A DNA stretch of 64,000 nucleotides from Octopus vulgaris (GCA_951406725.2 OX597824.1:39742001-39806000), one strand, 5' to 3'. Shown: positions 41,518 to 55,001, counted from the first letter of the stretch. Notes: generated by a model from the letters alone, not told the origin. A program made the numbers and translations.

Positions 41518-42178
41518 TAATTTTTTTTTTTATCAAAAGTATGAAATGAATGATAAATATAACGCGCGCATGTGTGTGTGGATGGGTGGGTTGTTTGTGT
41601 TAATAATATTTGATCAGTTAAAAGTTGCAAAACTACTGATAGGTCGTACATGCCCATTCGTTTAAATTACTTTTTTAACTTATTACCCATTAGAAATGGC
41701 TGTGTATATGTGTATTATTATGTAAGTATAAATGGTATTAAAAAAACCTTAAGAACATTCCATTCCGATACGAATTATGACTTTTATGTGGAATGAAAAT
41801 ATGTGAAAGCATATTTTATTGCATGGAATATTAAATATAGAAGGATCAAAGTTCGATGAGGGTAAATTATTATTTTATACTTTGATAGGTATTGTTTCTG
41901 AACTACAGAGAATAAGTGCAATTGTTTTATGTCAAACAAAGTGTCTCGCATTCATGCCCACTCTCTCATAGCTCTGTCCAAGTCGTTTCCAAAACAAGAC
42001 GGGCTCATTCATTAGAATGACTTTCTGTTATATATATATGTGTGTGAGTGTGTGCTTGTGTGTGTGCTTGTGTGTGTGCGTGTGTGTCAGAATAAATATA
42101 TATATGAATATACATGTATATATGTATATATATATATATAAGTATATATATACATATATATATGAATATATATATATG

Positions 42179-42217
<39 letters not shown>

Positions 42218-42513
42218 ATATAAATATATATAGATATAGATATATGTATATAAATAGATATAGATATATAAATATATATATAAATAGATATATATATATA
42301 GATAAATATATGTATAAATATATACATATACATATAGCAAGATATGTATATATAAATGCATATATAAACATATGTGCATAAATGCATATCTATATATATA
42401 AATATATTTATATATAAATATATATATATATATAAATATATATATATAGATATATATATACATACAAATATATATATATAAATATATATAGATATATGTC
42501 AATATATACAAAT

Positions 42514-42547
<34 letters not shown>

Positions 42548-42570
42548 CATAAACATATATATACATATAC

Positions 42571-42613
<43 letters not shown>

Positions 42614-42639
42614 CATAAATATAAATATATATATATATA

Positions 42640-42693
<54 letters not shown>

Positions 42694-43403
42694 TTCTCTT
42701 CACCCCTACTCTCTTTCTCTCTTCTCTCTTACTCTTTCACTCTCTCTTTCTCTCTTTCTCTCTTAATCCCTTCCTCTCTGCTATCTTCTCTCTTACTCTC
42801 TTTCACTCTTCCTACATACCCACCTTCCCCTTCCGCCCTCATCGTCAGCCCTCCCCCATAAGCCCACCCAACCTCTATACACTCCTACTCCACCTTCCCT
42901 ATCCTTCCCATCCCATCCCATCCCATCCCATCACTTACACCCTCTCTCACATACACCACCTCTACCCACAGCCTCTGCCTAACCACAAACGCCACCTCTA
43001 CCCCCACCCTCTGCCTACCCACATAACCTATCACCACCCCAACCCTCAACCTAACCCACACCCCACCTGTGCTTTCCCGACTCTCACCTCCCCAACCTCC
43101 CAACAATATGACACAACACTACACCATACCAAACTGCCCATCATATCACAACACACCAATTCCCATCCCCACATTTTCACACTTACATATACACACACGC
43201 ACACCTCAAGACCACCAGCCCTCTTTCACACGCACACACGTACTCTCTTATACACGCACGCATCTTCCCTGTGGGGGGTCATCTTTACTTTGTTACCTCC
43301 CCTGTTTCTTCGCACTCCTGTGTGACCCTTCTGTCCGGCAGTCGCCATGATAGATCGGCAGCCACTGCACACATCTTTTTCTCTCGTTGTTTTTTCTGTG
43401 TCC

Positions 43404-43438
43404 CTTTCAGTAGAAGAGCGTAAGCTCGAAACGTAAAG
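43404..43438 (+). ncRNA. Variant minimal hammerhead motif in a pLTR-like element (about 42700-43530)
   Basis: CTTT-CAGTAGA-A-GAGC(gtaa)GCTC-GAAA-CG-TA-AAG. Same scaffold as 1752-1786, but the CUGA box is altered. Confidence 0.55.
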
Positions 43439-43527
43439 ACTTTTTTCAATTCTTGAGAGTTATACTAATACATCTGTTTGTTTTCTACACCACCTGTCTT
43501 CGTCTTTTGCTTTTTTTTATGAACTCT

Positions 43528-43568
<41 letters not shown>

Positions 43569-43761
43569 TATATATATATGTATAAATATATATCAATATA
43601 TATTAATATACCTGAATGTATAGATATATAAATATATATATCAATATATATAAATATATACATAATTATATATATGTGTGCATGCTTGTATGTATGTATG
43701 TATGTATGTATGTATGTATGTATGTATGTATGTATGTATGTATGTATGTATGTATGTATTG

Positions 43762-44015
43762 AGTGTTAGGTGTGATGTTCAGAAATTGAATTTTGAGAAA
43801 AAATGTCAGAATTTTGGGAAAAAAACTTTTTATTTCTTCATTACTATTGGGGCTTTTGTTCCTTTCTCGAACTTGTCAAATAAAATTATGTGAATGTACA
43901 AATACCTTGTTCGCTTATATAAAACAGATGTTTTTTGGCTGGGGTGAGGTTTATTAGAAAGACAATTTTTTTCTTTTTTGATGAGGTTGCATTGACAATG
44001 GAGATGAATAGATAA
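43762..44015 (+). repeat. Dispersed repeat of about 255 bp, diverged second copy at 49118-49380
   Basis: Shared blocks aggtgtgat, gtcagaattttgg, tcgaacttg.caaata, ataaaacagatgtttt, gacaatgga. Confidence 0.75.
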
Positions 44016-44057
44016 TAATATAGGTCGGTAGATAGGCTGATAGCTAGATAGACAGAC

Positions 44058-44120
<63 letters not shown>

Positions 44121-44369
44121 CAGACAGATAGATGATTATACAAACAGATAGATAGGTAGAGAGAAGGAGATAGATAGAAAGGGATCCCCTTTTCTATTCA
44201 CTATTGATTTATGTATTTATTTAGTTATTTACCATTGTATTAGAATGGGTTTAAGGTGTGGGACCTCTTCAAAAATAAAAAAAACCACAGGTATGGTGTG
44301 GTCATCACTGAAAGTCTTTTTGCTTCCTCTTTTTCCTCCTTCTTTTTTCCTCTTTGAATTATTTTTTTT

Positions 44370-46025
44370 TTTTCTTTTTAGTTTCAGCTCAGAGCTGTGG
44401 TCATGCTGATGCACCGCCGTTTTGCTACTCTCTTATTACTAAGAGCCTCCTCTAATATGTGGCACTTGGTGAAGAATAGAGGTTGATATAGCTACTCTCA
44501 TTTGCACCTCTAGACGTCCGGTAGGCTAATCTGGGACTCTCGACAGAAAGAGGTCCAGCTTTGATTTAAAAACCCTTAGATTTACTTTGTGCAAGTTCCT
44601 CAGACTCTTTGGGAGAATATTAAAAAGCTGTGGGCCCTTGAAATCCGGGCTGTTGCAGTAACTGGTCATGGAGCGTGATGGCATTGCTGGGATCTTTTGC
44701 ACTATGCAGTGTCGTCCCATTCTGGCATTGATGTAACTTTCAATGCCAAAATTTGGCACAATTCTTTCCAGGATCTTCCAGATATATATTGCTGCATACC
44801 TCTCCCGTCTTCTCTCCAAGGAGTAGAGTCTTAGCTGTTTCAACCTTTCCCAGTAGCTGAGCCGTTGCAAAGAGACGATCTTCTTTGTGAATCTTCTCTG
44901 GATTGCTTCAAGGTCCGTTGTTAATTTCACACTGGTGGGTGACCACAGCTGTGAGCAGTAATCCAGGCGACTGATGACGAATGTCCGCCAGAGGACCATC
45001 ATGGTTTCCTTATCTCTGGTTCTGAATGTTCTTAGGATCCACCCAGCCAGTCGTCTGCACTTTGTCGCCATCCTGGTATTGTGCACTTGGAAAGAGGTTT
45101 CATCACACATGTCGATACCCAGATCCCTCACTGACTTAGGCTCTGGGATTGAAATTCCCTGTGGACCGGTGTACCCTGTAAGTTTCATATTCAGTTTTGG
45201 ATGCTGGTAGCGCAGAGCCTGGAATTCTTCAGCATTAAACTGCATATTATTATCCTCAGCCCATCTGTAGATTGAGTCCAACTCCTGCTGCAGGTGTGTA
45301 ACATCGCTGGGGTTCCGTATTTTCTGTGAGACTTTCGTATCATCTGCATAGCTTGCCAGAGTGGCTATCTGGGCATTTGAGGGCATATCTGAGAGGGTCA
45401 CTATAAAAAGCAGTGATCCCAAGGCAGTGCCCTGTAGAACACCACTCACTATTTGTGTGTTCATAGAGGTGGCTCCATTAGCCACTATTGCCTGACTCCT
45501 ATTTTCCAGGAAGTCATGTAACCACACTCCAAGTTTTCCAGCTATGCCAAGGTCACGCAGTTTGTGGCATATCATACCATGATCCACCTTGTCAAAAGCT
45601 TTTGCAAAATCAAGGTATATTATATCCCCATTTGATTTGTTGAGTAACTGCCTCAATATCCAGTCATAATGTTGTAAGAGCTGGGTCCGGCAGCTCCTAT
45701 CTGGTCGAAAATCATACTGGGTATCACTCAGCAAGTTATTTTCCTCAAGGAATGCGATTAGTTTCCTTCTGACTATCCGTTCCATAACTTTGCTGATGTG
45801 TGAAGTCAGAGAGATAGGCTTATAGTTTTTGGCATCTACTTCCGCCTTTATGTATTGGGCATATTATTCCCTTCTTCAGCTTGCTTGGCAGTTTGTCATT
45901 TGTAAGAAAGCTCTGGAAGAGAATCTTGAGGGGTTTTACCAGGGCATGCTTACACGATTTGAGGAGGATTGCTGGGAAACCATCAGGACCAGCGGCTGAG
46001 TTTGTGTCCACTTCATCTATGGCTA
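44370..46025 (-). mobile_element. 5'-truncated CR1/L2-group LINE with RT domain and 3' tail
   Basis: RT ORF plus upstream frame (AAGPDGFPAILLK..IICPIHKGG) joined by a frameshift near 45830. 3' UTR ends ggcggtgcatcagcatgaccacagctctgagctgaaac followed by an A-rich tail. Confidence 0.92.
44526..45785 (-). pseudogene. LINE reverse transcriptase domain (419-aa open remnant)
   Basis: YLDFAKAFDKVDH, SGVLQGTALGSLLF, YADD, RDLGI, LDYCSQLWSP, LYSLERRRERY. The endonuclease part is missing. Confidence 0.92.
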
Positions 46026-46378
46026 GTAGTATTATATTTAGAATACAAAATTTACTCTCTCCCCTTTTCTTTCAAACATTCAATTTTGGTGAGAATTTTT
46101 TGGATAAAATGTAGTTCTGCATGAAAACACATTAGTATAATATTTGCAAATCAAATTTTTTTTTAAATAGATAAATAGAATAAAATTATAGATAAATAGA
46201 TAGATAGTTATGCATATATATATAACTATGTATATATAAATAGATATACATAAATATATATATAAATATGTATATATAAATATATATGTATATATACATA
46301 TATATAAATATATATATATATACATATATATAATATATATAAATATATATATATATATACATATATATAAAGATATAA

Positions 46379-46415
<37 letters not shown>

Positions 46416-46426
46416 TATATATAAAG

Positions 46427-46469
<43 letters not shown>

Positions 46470-46480
46470 AATAGGTTCTC

Positions 46481-46871
46481 TATTAATTGCCAAATAAAGT
46501 AATTTGGAATCTTTAGATTATGTTGTTGCACATACATACCGAAAACACGTGCGTAAGATAAGTATACATTTACTTGTGCATATTTATGCATGCTAACCAC
46601 TGGTAATAAATTATTTTAATTTATTACCCTCATATTTACGATAGTATTACTTATACTTCTGAGGCTATATAGGACACAGTTTTAATTATGTTTATCTACT
46701 GCTGGACTATATGCTTAAGCTCGTGTACTAAGTTCGAATCCATAATGGATAAAGATATGTCTGTCTTGCTCATGTGTTTTCGGTACGTTTTTGCAACTAC
46801 ATAATTGTTCATTAATTAACGATCCCGCTGACAATCTACAGATTCGAAATTACTTTATTTAGCAATTAATA
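46481..46871. repeat. Diverged inverted repeat (46481-46560 vs 46762-46871) enclosing a pLTR-family terminus
   Basis: tattaattgc.aaataaagtaattt.gaatct / agattc.aaattactttattt.gcaattaata and taccgaaaacac / gtgttttcggta. The terminus at 46588-46642 is repeated at 47073-47126. Confidence 0.65.
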
Positions 46872-47603
46872 ATGCAACTTGAGTTCAGGATTTTCTAATT
46901 CATTTTTTGTTTGTTCTAGTTTTATAACAGCGTGTCTCATATTTTTTTTCGTGGTTTGGAGTTTAACTGCCCTTTTGTAAGGAGTCTTGTCATGGTTCTC
47001 CTCTCTGTGTATGAACATATTTTATGCACTCTTATATTTTTTAAAATATATTGTCTTATGACTTTTATTTATGCATACTAGCCACTAGTAATAAGTTATT
47101 TTAATTTAATCCCCTTATATTTACGAGATGTTTCAAGAATTCAGTCAATACTACCATCCACAACAAGTCACTTTCAGGGCACTTGACCATTTAACATCCC
47201 ACTACTATCATGGCACTCCCGCATTCGTCTTCCCCTCCTCCTCCTCTTCTTCTTCTTCTTCTTCTTCTCCTTCTCTGCCAAGAATTCACAACGACCTCCA
47301 ACCCACAAGAGAGAGAGACAGAGTCAGGCAGAAACAAGGAAAATGCCCGTTGTATTTGAATACTCTTTTAAAAATATTCTTTAAAAAAACTTTTCTTTTA
47401 ACTCTTCCAAAATGTAATTGTTTTCCATATTTGCAGTTGAAAAAGTCTCAATGACTGAAAGCGGTACTGAAATGCCTTTTATAAAATTATTTTAGCATTT
47501 TCTACCTTGACTTTTTTCTATATAGATATGTATGTATATATATATATGTGTGTGTGTGTGTGCGTGTGTGTATGTGTGTGTGTGTGTGTGTGCGTGTGTG
47601 AAT

Positions 47604-47931
47604 GTGCATGACTCAGTGGTTAGAGCGTTGAGCTTACGATCGTAAGGTTCTGAGTTCGAATCCTGGACCGAGCTGCGTGTTGTGTTCTTGAGCAAGACAC
47701 TTTATTTCACGTTGGTCCAGTTCACTCAGCTGTAGAAATGTGTTGCGACATCACAGGTGCCTAGCTGTATCGGCCTTTACTTTCCCTTGGATAACACTGG
47801 GGGCGTGGAGAGGGGAGGCCGGTATGCATGGGTGACTGCTGGTATTCCATAAACGGCCTTGCCTGGATTTGTGCCTGGGAGGATAAATCTCTAGGTGCAA
47901 TCCTATTGTCAGTCATGACCGAAGGGTTCTC
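47604..47931 (+). mobile_element. tRNA-derived SINE family B
   Basis: Collinear with 27781-28110; B box gagttcgaatcc. Confidence 0.9.
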
Positions 47932-48071
47932 AGCATATATATACATATACATGTATAAATAAATATATATATGTATATACATGTGTACATATATATATAC
48001 ATATATACACATACACATATATACATGCATATATATATATACACATATGTATATATATATATATATATATA

Positions 48072-48587
48072 TAATAAAGGGTTAATTGCAACAAGTTGCT
48101 CAAAACCACATACCGAAAATATTAGAAATAGCAGCCAAATAGGTCACTATTTCTACTACTAGAAAAAATAAGTCTCCACAAACAAACAGAATTTGTAACC
48201 CGTATATGGTAAAGAGAAAGAAGACAACGAAATCCCAGCCTATTGGATTAATTATGGACGAATTCGTTTCTGGTCCTTTGTTTCGTTGGTACTGTTTTTG
48301 TAACTCACGTGGTGATTTTGGAGAGAGACATGAATTCGCCTGTGGAGATGCTGGCATACCGTTATATCGTTCGATGTCGCCTGGTCGAGTTGATGTAATG
48401 GGTGAGTTTTTTTCCTAGCATTTCTAGATTTATAGGAAATATTATGTTGACAAGGAAATGAACTTTCGATTCTAATCCAGAAACGAATTCGTCCATAATG
48501 AATCCAATAGGCTGGGATTTCGTTGTCTTCTTTCTCTTTACCATATACGGGTAACAAATTCTGTTTGTTTGTGGAGACTTATTTTTA

Positions 48588-48590
<3 letters not shown>
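48072..48590. mobile_element. Fold-back pLTR-like element in (TA)n, about 110-bp near-identical inverted arms
   Basis: 48164-48273 vs 48477-48586; ORFs 48206+ and 48362- share MVKRKKTTKSQPIG.IMDEFVSG. (TA)n on both sides. Confidence 0.8.
48441..48499 (+). ncRNA. Hammerhead motif with decayed CUGA box
   Basis: ATTATG-TTGACAA-gga..gaa(..)ttc..tcc-a-GAAA-CGAATTCG-TC-CATAAT. 6-bp stem I, palindromic ACGAAUUCGU, GUC site; TTGACAA is two transitions from CTGACGA. Confidence 0.65.
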
Positions 48591-48636
<46 letters not shown>

Positions 48637-48654
48637 CATATATATACATATATA

Positions 48655-48810
48655 TGGCAGGCTTCTTGCAGTTTCCGTCTACTAAATCCCCTCACAAAGC
48701 TGTGATCAGCCCGAAGTTCTAGTAGAAGACATTGCCCTAAGTGCCACGAAGTTCAACTGAACCCGGGACCATGTGATTCGTAAGCTACTTACCACGCAGC
48801 CACTCCTGCA
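48655..48810 (-). mobile_element. SINE family C, 5' half
   Basis: Matches 41360-41517. Confidence 0.85.
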
Positions 48811-48823
48811 TACATATATAAAC

Positions 48824-48899
<76 letters not shown>

Positions 48900-49012
48900 G
48901 TATATATGTATATATATGTATACATGCGTGTATATATGTACATATACGTATATGTATATATATATATACATACATATATATATCTACATACATAGACATA
49001 CATATATATATG

Positions 49013-49087
<75 letters not shown>

Positions 49088-49376
49088 ATATATATATATG
49101 TCTGTGTGTGTGTAGAATGTGAGGTGTGATATACAGAATTGAATATTGATAAAAAGTCGTCAGAATTTTGGAAAGTACTTTTTTTTCTTTTTTATATCTT
49201 CATTTTCAGATCAGCGCTTTCGTTCATCTTTCGAACTTGACAAATACAATTTTGTAAATATACAGATATCTTGCTTATATATATAAAACAGATGTTTTGG
49301 GGGGATTCTGTTTATAAGAGAACATTGTTTTTGTTTTGACTTTTGGGGGTGAGGATTTGAAGACAATGGAAGATGG

Positions 49377-49419
<43 letters not shown>

Positions 49420-49444
49420 TATACATACATACATGCATACATAT

Positions 49445-49499
<55 letters not shown>

Positions 49500-49862
49500 T
49501 ATATATATATCAAAGATTTACGAAGTAAATATGCTGCCCATTATTGATATTCTGAACAGTAAGTTTTCTAAATAACCGTTGGGATTGGAAATTACTTCGT
49601 AATCGCCTTTCTTTGCTTATATGATTTTCAATGTTGTTACCCTAATATGTACTCGCTCGTACGTCATCCAGAATTCTCTCAACTACGTACGTACACATAC
49701 AGACACATATATACGCGTACGTACATGTTGCCCTGTGTGAGGTTTATAAATCATATACTTGTCTCTCTCTTACCCTCTCTCTCTCTCTTCTCTCCTTTGC
49801 TCGCTCGCTGTTGTATGCATGTTCCTGTCTCTATTGTGTATGTTTGTACGCACTGGTATACA

Positions 49863-49899
<37 letters not shown>

Positions 49900-52192
49900 A
49901 CCACACTGATACACACACAAACATACGCGCGCATGTCGGTATATATGAAAATGTTTACAAGTATACATCTATATATTTATACGATCAACAAAAGCTAAAT
50001 ATAAAAATCATAACGCAAATTTAGTGATGTTGTTTAACGTGAGAGGTATGTTAAAAGTGACAATTCTGGAAATAAATAATCACACAGGAACATATTTTAT
50101 AGGACAAGAAAGAAAAAATAAGAATATTTATGTAGGACCAGGCTTTTATTGGCGAAATATTTTTTGCTTTTTGTCTTTTCAGTATCTAAATCTATATCGG
50201 AATAAACGCCAGTTGAAGTTCATATTAAACATAATTGTAATGTAGTTCTATCAACATTTATTTTCTTTCTATTGTTAATATATCATACATCTTGCTGATA
50301 AAACAAGTGGCATAATGGTTCTCTAGCAACTCTGAATACCTCATAGAGGATTGAAAATAAAAACAACAATCAGTAGGGTTACAAAGATCGTGAGATTCTA
50401 ACAGATATTGGTGTCAACAACGTGGTTTATCCATTATATTCCCATGGCAAACAAAAACGGTAACGATGGCCGCAGCTGAAGAAGGAGAGATAGGTGAACA
50501 GAGGAGAAACTCGAAGAGGTGCATTTAGTAGAATTACAACGATATTAACACTTATGAGCAAATAAACATCGGTAAATACATTAGAATTTATACGTTTGTC
50601 AATCTCTCTATCTCTTTTTCTAATTTCTTTCCATTGTTCTTCTCTCCATTATCTTCTTTCTGTGTGTTATTGAGATTTTGATTTATAAAACGGAAAACTG
50701 GAATGAGTTAATTGACGCATTTAGATTTCAGTACTCAAAACGAAACTTTTAAGCATTCTTTTCTGAGATAAGAACTAGAATCTCCTCTCTGTTTTAATTT
50801 ATTTTTCTTTTAAGATGTTACTTAAGATAATTCCAAGCGTCTCTAATTCAATTTTGTAATATCATTTTCATTTTCCTAACATTTCTTTCCAATAATAACT
50901 TGGTTTTTTTAATCATAATTTATTTACACATATCTGATAAATTTGTTTCGCATATTTTTATAGTATTTATGTTACTCGTTTTTGTTTCTTGTATTTATTT
51001 CATTCATAGAACACAAATCAATTCGTTGAAAGGGAAAGCTTTCTTTTGAGCTCACTAAAATACATACCGGTCATTTGCTACAATCGAACACATCCTTTGG
51101 CACATTATATGGTTTTATTCCAAAAGTGTTAAACGACGTAATTAACTACGGGTGGCAGAGGGTAGCAAGCTATCAGAATAGTTAGAAGACCGATAAGAAA
51201 GGAGGGGCTTTTGATTGGAGATGATAGGTGACGAAGGGTTGTGAAGGACAGGTAAGTGATGCTAGCGGATGGGGCCGTTAGCATCGCTTTCATATTACCA
51301 TTTTTTCATTTAAAATTCATTTTCCATAGTATTAATTATAATGTTCTATGTCCCCAATGTTTTGTAATGTCCCATCTGCATCGCCCCTTGTGGGTAATAA
51401 AAAATCAGATAGAAGACCGAATAAAATGCTTTCTTTCGACCAACTCATTACGCTTTGAGTTCAAATTTTAGCAGGGTCTTTGCCTCTCCTCACCACGACG
51501 TCGCTATAAATACCGTTCAAGTATCGTGTCTCCTTACCCATTTCATTCAAAACTGTTGGCTTTATGCCGAAATTTGAAACCATTGTTTAGAGGTGGCTAA
51601 AAACTGGCATGTCGAGAAAATGATACTTATTCCTCATTGCGACGTTCTGAGTTCAAATCCCGCCGAGGTTAACTTTACCTTTCATCCTCTCAGGTTGAGT
51701 AAAATTAAGTAGCAGTCTTAAAAGATCTTTTCCCTTTCAACGGCAGATCGAGTAATTAATTTTTTGTAACTAAACACTTCCAGACTTCGGACACTGGTAG
51801 AATGTGTCATATAAAACATCTTTTACTCTTAGTGTTGTTGAGAAAAGTTTCTATTTTCAAAATTGTTTCGTGTTAAAGTTGTCGTATTTTGGTAATTTCA
51901 ACCAATCAATGAAGTGTATTCAGCTGAATAAAATTACTGCCGTTGTTTGTCAACAACAACTTTCGGTGGTGTATATTTCATTTGTCACTGTTATTTATGA
52001 CATATCTCATCTCAGTTACGTTTGTATGAATATACGAGTGTATCTGAAGCATTTTAATTTATAGCACCGCCATAATCATTCGTGCATTTCTACTGCTTTT
52101 AGGGGGTTTTTTTCTGTTTTTAAGCAACTATTTTCGGAAAGATTTTTTGCCCCCCTCCTCCTCCAATTTCTTCATTTTTCGCTTTTTTCCGT

Positions 52193-52345
52193 AACTCTAA
52201 CCCTAAAACCCTAACCCTAACCTTAATCCTAAAACCCTAACCCTAAAACCCTAACCTTAACCCTAACTCTAACCCTAAAATCCTAACCCTAAAACTCTAA
52301 CCCGAAAACCCTAACCCTATCCCTAAAACCCTAAAGCTAAAACCA
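52193..52345. repeat. Interstitial telomere-like (CCCTAA)n/(CCCTAAAA)n tract
   Basis: Degenerate mixture of CCCTAA and CCCTAAAA units. Confidence 0.85.
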
Positions 52346-52834
52346 GTACAAACACACGAACGATGTCATAAATATACACCGTCGATAGTTGGTGTTGCCT
52401 ATGTCAGAAATTATTATTAACACGATAGTTGTTGTTGCCTATGTCAGAAATTATTATTAACACTGTAATTAGTGCCGTCACACGACTGACAGCGGGTTTT
52501 AAAGGTTCGTTTGTGTCTTATTTTTGTGTCTACCATTTTTTTAAAGTTTTATTCCCGCGAATGAAATGCCAAACGACTAAACTGATCTGAATACGGAGAA
52601 GTACAGGATGCAGTCAAAGAAACCATCAACATTTACGATTCGAAAAAAGTCTCAATAGCAAACGCACAGAATGCAACAATTGAAACCCCGGTGGTAACTA
52701 CGGAAAGCGATAAAGTATTAGCTATATGAGGACACCGTTACTATTTGGCTAACTTCACTAGCGCCATACTAATAGACTTTTAAATACGGTAGGTTTTTTG
52801 AATTTATACCAGTATATTAGTAATTTTTAATGCG

Positions 52835-53045
52835 GTGTGCTGGCAGAATCGTTAGCACGCCGGGGAAAAAAGCTTAGTGGCATTTTGTCCGTCTTCACGT
52901 TCTGAGTTCAAAATCTGCCGGGGACCACTTTGCCTTTCCTCCTTTTGGAGTCGATAGAATAAGTACCAGTTGAACACTGGGTCTGATGTGATCGACTTAC
53001 TTCTTCCCCCGAAATTACTGGTCTTGTACTAAAATTTGAAATCAA
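52835..53045 (+). mobile_element. SINE family A copy (alternative tail)
   Basis: gctggcagaatcgttagcacgccggg...cgttctgagttcaaa...ctttgcctttc. Further decayed copies near 5735, 6170, 12385(-), 26740, 51630, 55710 and 62110(-). Confidence 0.85.
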
Positions 53046-53728
53046 TATATTAGTAATTCTTATTTCATTTATGGGAGGGCATGTGGCTTAGTGGTTATGG
53101 AGCTCCAATCACAATCATAATGTCGCAGTTTCAAATCCAGGGTTAGGCGGCAAGGCACTTCATTTCACGTATCTCTAGTCTTCTCAGCTTAATACGAATG
53201 CACGTGATTGCTGATGCAGCACTCTCTCTATCCATTTGTCATATTCTGGATTTATCGCTGGGTCAAAGAGTGGGAGAGTCGAGAAGGTGTACATTAGTGT
53301 ATAAAAGAATTAGTAAAAGCAGAGTACAGGTTTTATTAGCCTCCATCACAAGCACTGAGGGGAAGAAAGGTATAGCAAATGAAATAGTGAAAAAAATGCA
53401 TTCACAAGAACTTAAACGTGTCGGAGTAAAACTATAAGAACTCAAATCCGGTATTGAAATGTTATTAAGCACCGACCTCACAGTCCTAAATATGCTACAG
53501 TTTGGTTCCATCTTTGAACAAAAATATGTATATTTTACAGGAGAATAAATCGATGTTTCCATTCTTTTTTATAAGTCGCCAACAATATAAGCGGCGATAA
53601 TTGACTTTTGTAACCAACTGCTGTGAATTAGAGCCATCAACAGTTATTTCCTTTCATTTCTTTCTTTTCCTTATTACTCCCTCTACTTCATTTACAACTT
53701 TCTAGTAACTCAGCACAGAGATTCATCA

Positions 53729-55001
53729 TTCTAGTTCGGAAAATACTTTGTAACTGAACAATCAATATTCGCTTATTTCAGTGTATAATTCGTTATATTA
53801 AACTATCGTATGTCCAAATTTGGCCAAATGCGTGTTTTTTCTTTTTTTTTTTTTTTCAACATTTAATTCTGCTTGCAATAGCCGGTTATTTTGGTCAAAC
53901 TATCGTATCTCCTGCTAATTCAGATGCCAAAATATGAAAATTGTCAAAGTGTAGTACAACAGCTTAGAATTTTTCAAAAATATAAGTCCCACATACGACA
54001 GTTTTGCAAATAAATTTCTGACTGAAAATATCATACATGCATGGAGTTACGATTTCATGCACCCAACAAAGTATGATTGTTAAGCTGAAACTGTTGCTAA
54101 TGTAAAAAAGAAATGGAATGGTGAAACTATTTTTTCGTTTTCTGAAAAAGTAACGTTTTAGACTTTCGACACTTTTGCATAATAGCAACGAATTGTAATA
54201 AAACTGCAACGAGATCCAGCGAGAACATAAACCATGTCGCAACCTCTTGTCATAGTTGCTTACGTTATCTTTTATTCCACAACGGTCATAATTATATCGT
54301 TCTGCTAGATTACCCATGAAGTGCTTATATTTTAGAAAGAAAGAATCACTCGAAGTAGCAATTTCTAGTTCGGAAAATACTTTGTAACTGAACAATCAAT
54401 ATTCGCTTATTTCAGTGTATAATTCGTTATATTAAACTATCGTATGTCCAAATTTGGCCAAATGCGTGTTTTTTTTTTTTGTTTTTTTTTTCAACATTTA
54501 ATTCTACTTGCAATAGCCGGTTATTTTGGTCAAACTATCGTATCTCCTGCTAATTCAGATGCCAAAATATGAAAATTGTCAAAGTGTAGTACAACAGCTT
54601 AGAATTTTTCAAAAATATAAGTCCCACATACGACAGTTTTGCAAATAAATTTCTGACTGAAAATATCATACATGCATGGAGTTACGATTTCATGCACCCA
54701 ACAAAGTATGATTGTTAAGCTGAAACTGTTGCTAATGTAAAAAAGAAATGGAATGGTGAAACTATTTTTTCGTTTTCTGAAAAAGTAACGTTTTAGACTT
54801 TCGACACTTTTGCATAATAGCAACGAATTGTAATAAAACTGCAACGAGATCCAGCGAGAACATAAACCATGTCGCAACCTCTTGTCATAGTTGCTTACGT
54901 TATCTTTTATTCCACAACGGTCATAATTATATCGTTCTGCTAGATTACCCATGAAGTGCTTATATTTTAGAAAGAAAGAATCACTCGAAGTAGCAATTTC
55001 T
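53729..55001 (+). repeat. Recent tandem duplication, unit about 635 bp
   Basis: 53729-54362 and 54363-55001 are nearly identical (ORFs 53964- and 54599- share an identical translation); TTCT microhomology at the junction. Confidence 0.93.

Noticed and set aside
50445-50530. MAAAEEGEIGEQRR... as a gene start
   Set aside because: The frame closes after about 20 codons with no convincing donor site; unsupported.
52193-52345. True telomere or fusion site
   Set aside because: Short, degenerate, single orientation and internal.
53964-54952. 143-aa and 117-aa ORFs as duplicated genes
   Set aside because: No recognisable motif; the identity is explained by the recent tandem duplication.
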